A stretch of 64,000 bases of DNA, taken from positions 3,744,001 to 3,808,000 of the forward strand of contig OY969763.1 in assembly GCA_963702845.1 (NCBI GenBank), given 5' to 3'. Below the pieces are notes generated by a model. It had not been told where the DNA came from and did not search any database. It was given only the letters and a program-made list of their open reading frames with translations. The position numbers and the translations under genes are program-made. This DNA comes from an uncultured Verrucomicrobiae bacterium (GTDB lineage Bacteria; Verrucomicrobiota; Verrucomicrobiia; Limisphaerales; Palsa-1400). Shown here in pieces: positions 62,031 to 64,000 of this stretch; the first letter of the stretch is position 1; each line of letters starts with the position of its first letter.

Positions 62031-62083
62031 ATAGTGATCGTGTCCACATATACCGTAACTACGCTCCAAAGAGCGTCCGACAA

Positions 62084-63598
62084 CTACACCGAAGAATCCG
62101 GAAACGAACAAGTCACCACGGTGCCTTTGCGAACCCCACGTTTTATATCGAAGCTACCGGCCAGCATCCCCGCTCGATACTTCATAATCTGCAAACCCAT
62201 TCCGCGTGACTTGGTCAAGGACTTCGGGAATCCCTTCCCGTCGTCTTGTACCGTTAGATTGACATGTCCGTTGTCTTTTGCAAGTCGAACTGTAATTTTT
62301 CGCGCTTCACCATGCTTAATCGCGTTTTCGATAGCTTCTTGCGCAATTCGATAGACTTGCGCTGCTTTGTTTAAGTCGGGCATCAATGATTGAACTTCAG
62401 TATATATTTCGCACTCAACGCCAAATATGCTGTGCTCGCGCGCGGCGAGATCATGCAGCGCGGAAATCAACCCATTCTTCTCCAGTTCAATCGGATAAAA
62501 ACCACGAGCGAGGTCGCGCGTTCTTGCAATCGCCTCATTTACATAGGTGGCAATCTGGGCGGCATCGTCGGTATGCGGTGACGACTCAGCTTCGAGTCTT
62601 TTCGCGAGGACCTTGGTCATGAAGGAAATGCCGGTCAGCGTCTGGCCAAGTCCATCGTGTAACTCTTCGCCGAGCCGACGTTGCTCGCGCTCACTGATTT
62701 GTAAAATCTTTTCCTCGGCGTTTTTGCGCTCCGCCACTTCGGCTTCCAAAGCCGACATCATTCCGAGCATCTTGTGTTGCGCATCTTCTAATTGAGCGGT
62801 GTAGCGGCGCACCTGTTCCTGGGAGGCTTCACGATCCGTCACGTCAAGCAACATCGCCGTGAACAAGGTCCGATCACCTCGATGCCACCGCGCAATCGAC
62901 AGTTCCACCGGAAAAAGTTTGCCGTTCTTTTTGCGCGCTTTGATGACAAAGGTTCGGCCAAGCACTCGTTTAATGCGCGTCGGCTGAAGATTGGCAATGC
63001 GCGCCATCAAGCGAAATTTGCGCGGCAACAGCAGGGACAATTCGCTCCCGGCCAGCTCGCCGGTCGTGTATCCGAACATGCGCTCAACACTCGGGTTTGC
63101 GTAATTGATGCGCCCGTCGGTATTCGCCGTCAGGATGCCGCACAAGGCGGTTTCAGTCACACTGCGGAAACGTTCTTCACTTTCCTTCATCTGTTCGCGT
63201 TGACGGAACAATTCAACGAACACGGCGACTTTTGCGCAAAGGATTTCCGGAATGACTGGCGTAAAAATGTAATCAACGGCGCCAAGTGAATAGCCCTTGA
63301 ACATGTGCATTTCACTAGTGCTGATGCCTGTGATGAAAATGATCGGGGTGTATTCGGAATTTTTACGTTGCCGAATCAGTTCCGCCGTTTCGAAGCCGTC
63401 CATCCCTGGCATGGAAACATCCAGCAAAATCAGCGCAAAGTCCTGTTTGAGCAAAATACGCAACGCTTCCTTGCCGGAGCGCGCTTGCACAATCTGATGC
63501 CCGGCGCTTTCCAGCAGGTTTGCGAGGGAAAATAATTTGGACGGCGTGTCATCCACCAACAAAATTCTTGCGGCGATTGGGGTGTTCATTGGAGACAT
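62084..63598 (-). CDS. REC-PAS-HisKA_3 histidine kinase
   Basis: LLDVSMPGMDG; PAS; ELHDGLGQ; QEAIENAIKHG, DDGKG, GMGL. Confidence 0.93.
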   Translation of the reverse strand: MSPMNTPIAARILLVDDTPSKLFSLANLLESAGHQIVQARSGKEALRILLKQDFALILLDVSMPGMDGFETAELIRQRKNSEYTPIIFITGISTSEMHMFKGYSLGAVDYIFTPVIPEILCAKVAVFVELFRQREQMKESEERFRSVTETALCGILTANTDGRINYANPSVERMFGYTTGELAGSELSLLLPRKFRLMARIANLQPTRIKRVLGRTFVIKARKKNGKLFPVELSIARWHRGDRTLFTAMLLDVTDREASQEQVRRYTAQLEDAQHKMLGMMSALEAEVAERKNAEEKILQISEREQRRLGEELHDGLGQTLTGISFMTKVLAKRLEAESSPHTDDAAQIATYVNEAIARTRDLARGFYPIELEKNGLISALHDLAAREHSIFGVECEIYTEVQSLMPDLNKAAQVYRIAQEAIENAIKHGEARKITVRLAKDNGHVNLTVQDDGKGFPKSLTKSRGMGLQIMKYRAGMLAGSFDIKRGVRKGTVVTCSFPDSSV

Positions 63599-64000
63599 TT
63601 TTTCAACGCGTTTAGTAATAGTTCGGGATCAAGAGGCTTGGCAATGTATTCGGACGCTCCAGCACGCAAACATTTTTCGCGATCACCTTTCATGGCTTTG
63701 GCTGTAACGGCGATGATCGGCAAAGTCTTAAACCGTTCAGTGCGCCGCAACTTTTCCATAATGGCAAACCCATCCATTCCGGGCATCATGATGTCCATTA
63801 ACACGACGGCGATGCAGCCATTCGCTTCCAGTAAATCAAGCGCAGCCTGCCCTTCCTCAGCCGAGACCACACTCATTTCAAATCGCTCGAGCAAGCTGGT
63901 GAGCGCAAAAATATTCCGGATATCATCATCGACGACCAGCGCCACAAGACCGCGCAAATTCTCGGTCACCTGAGGATCCTTGGTGAGCTTTTCAATCGAT
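63586..64000 (-). CDS. Receiver domain, probably the C-terminus of a hybrid kinase starting beyond the window
   Basis: VDDDIRN, MDIMMP, TAKAMKGDREKC, AKP; frame open to the window edge. Confidence 0.85.
   Translation of the reverse strand, partial: SIEKLTKDPQVTENLRGLVALVVDDDIRNIFALTSLLERFEMSVVSAEEGQAALDLLEANGCIAVVLMDIMMPGMDGFAIMEKLRRTERFKTLPIIAVTAKAMKGDREKCLRAGASEYIAKPLDPELLLNALKKCLQ

Overview
Bacterial chromosomal window. Gene content (H-X9-DG prepilin-like protein, PVC-type heme-binding protein, ECF sigma with C-terminal extension, secreted proteins with a shared C-terminal domain) suggests Verrucomicrobiota; this is an inference. Positions 1-11.8 kb hold the core tRNA-Thr-tuf-tRNA-Trp-tRNA-Ser-secE-nusG-rplKAJL-rpoBC cluster on the minus strand. 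The rest mixes housekeeping genes (copA, accA, manA, ispD, galE, murJ, bioFA) with secreted and envelope proteins, two-component genes, a REP-associated tyrosine transposase and several classes of short palindromic repeats. Several genes, including essential rpoC, carry frameshifts, most likely assembly indels. The most unusual signal is two intergenic loci (about 28.4-28.8 kb on +, 48.2-49.0 kb on -) with the same architecture: an rRNA-operon-like promoter (TTGACA-16 bp-TAnAnT, then CCTTCA), a hairpin and a boxA-like CG(T/A)TCTTTGAAA, followed not by rRNA but by several different 10-bp-period repeat blocks, each closed by an A/T tract. These are candidates for an undescribed antiterminated non-coding RNA or DNA-array system. 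Other highlights: an orphan integron-type gene cassette, repeats embedded in coding sequences, an uncalled 34-aa basic ORF and a structured rplL leader.
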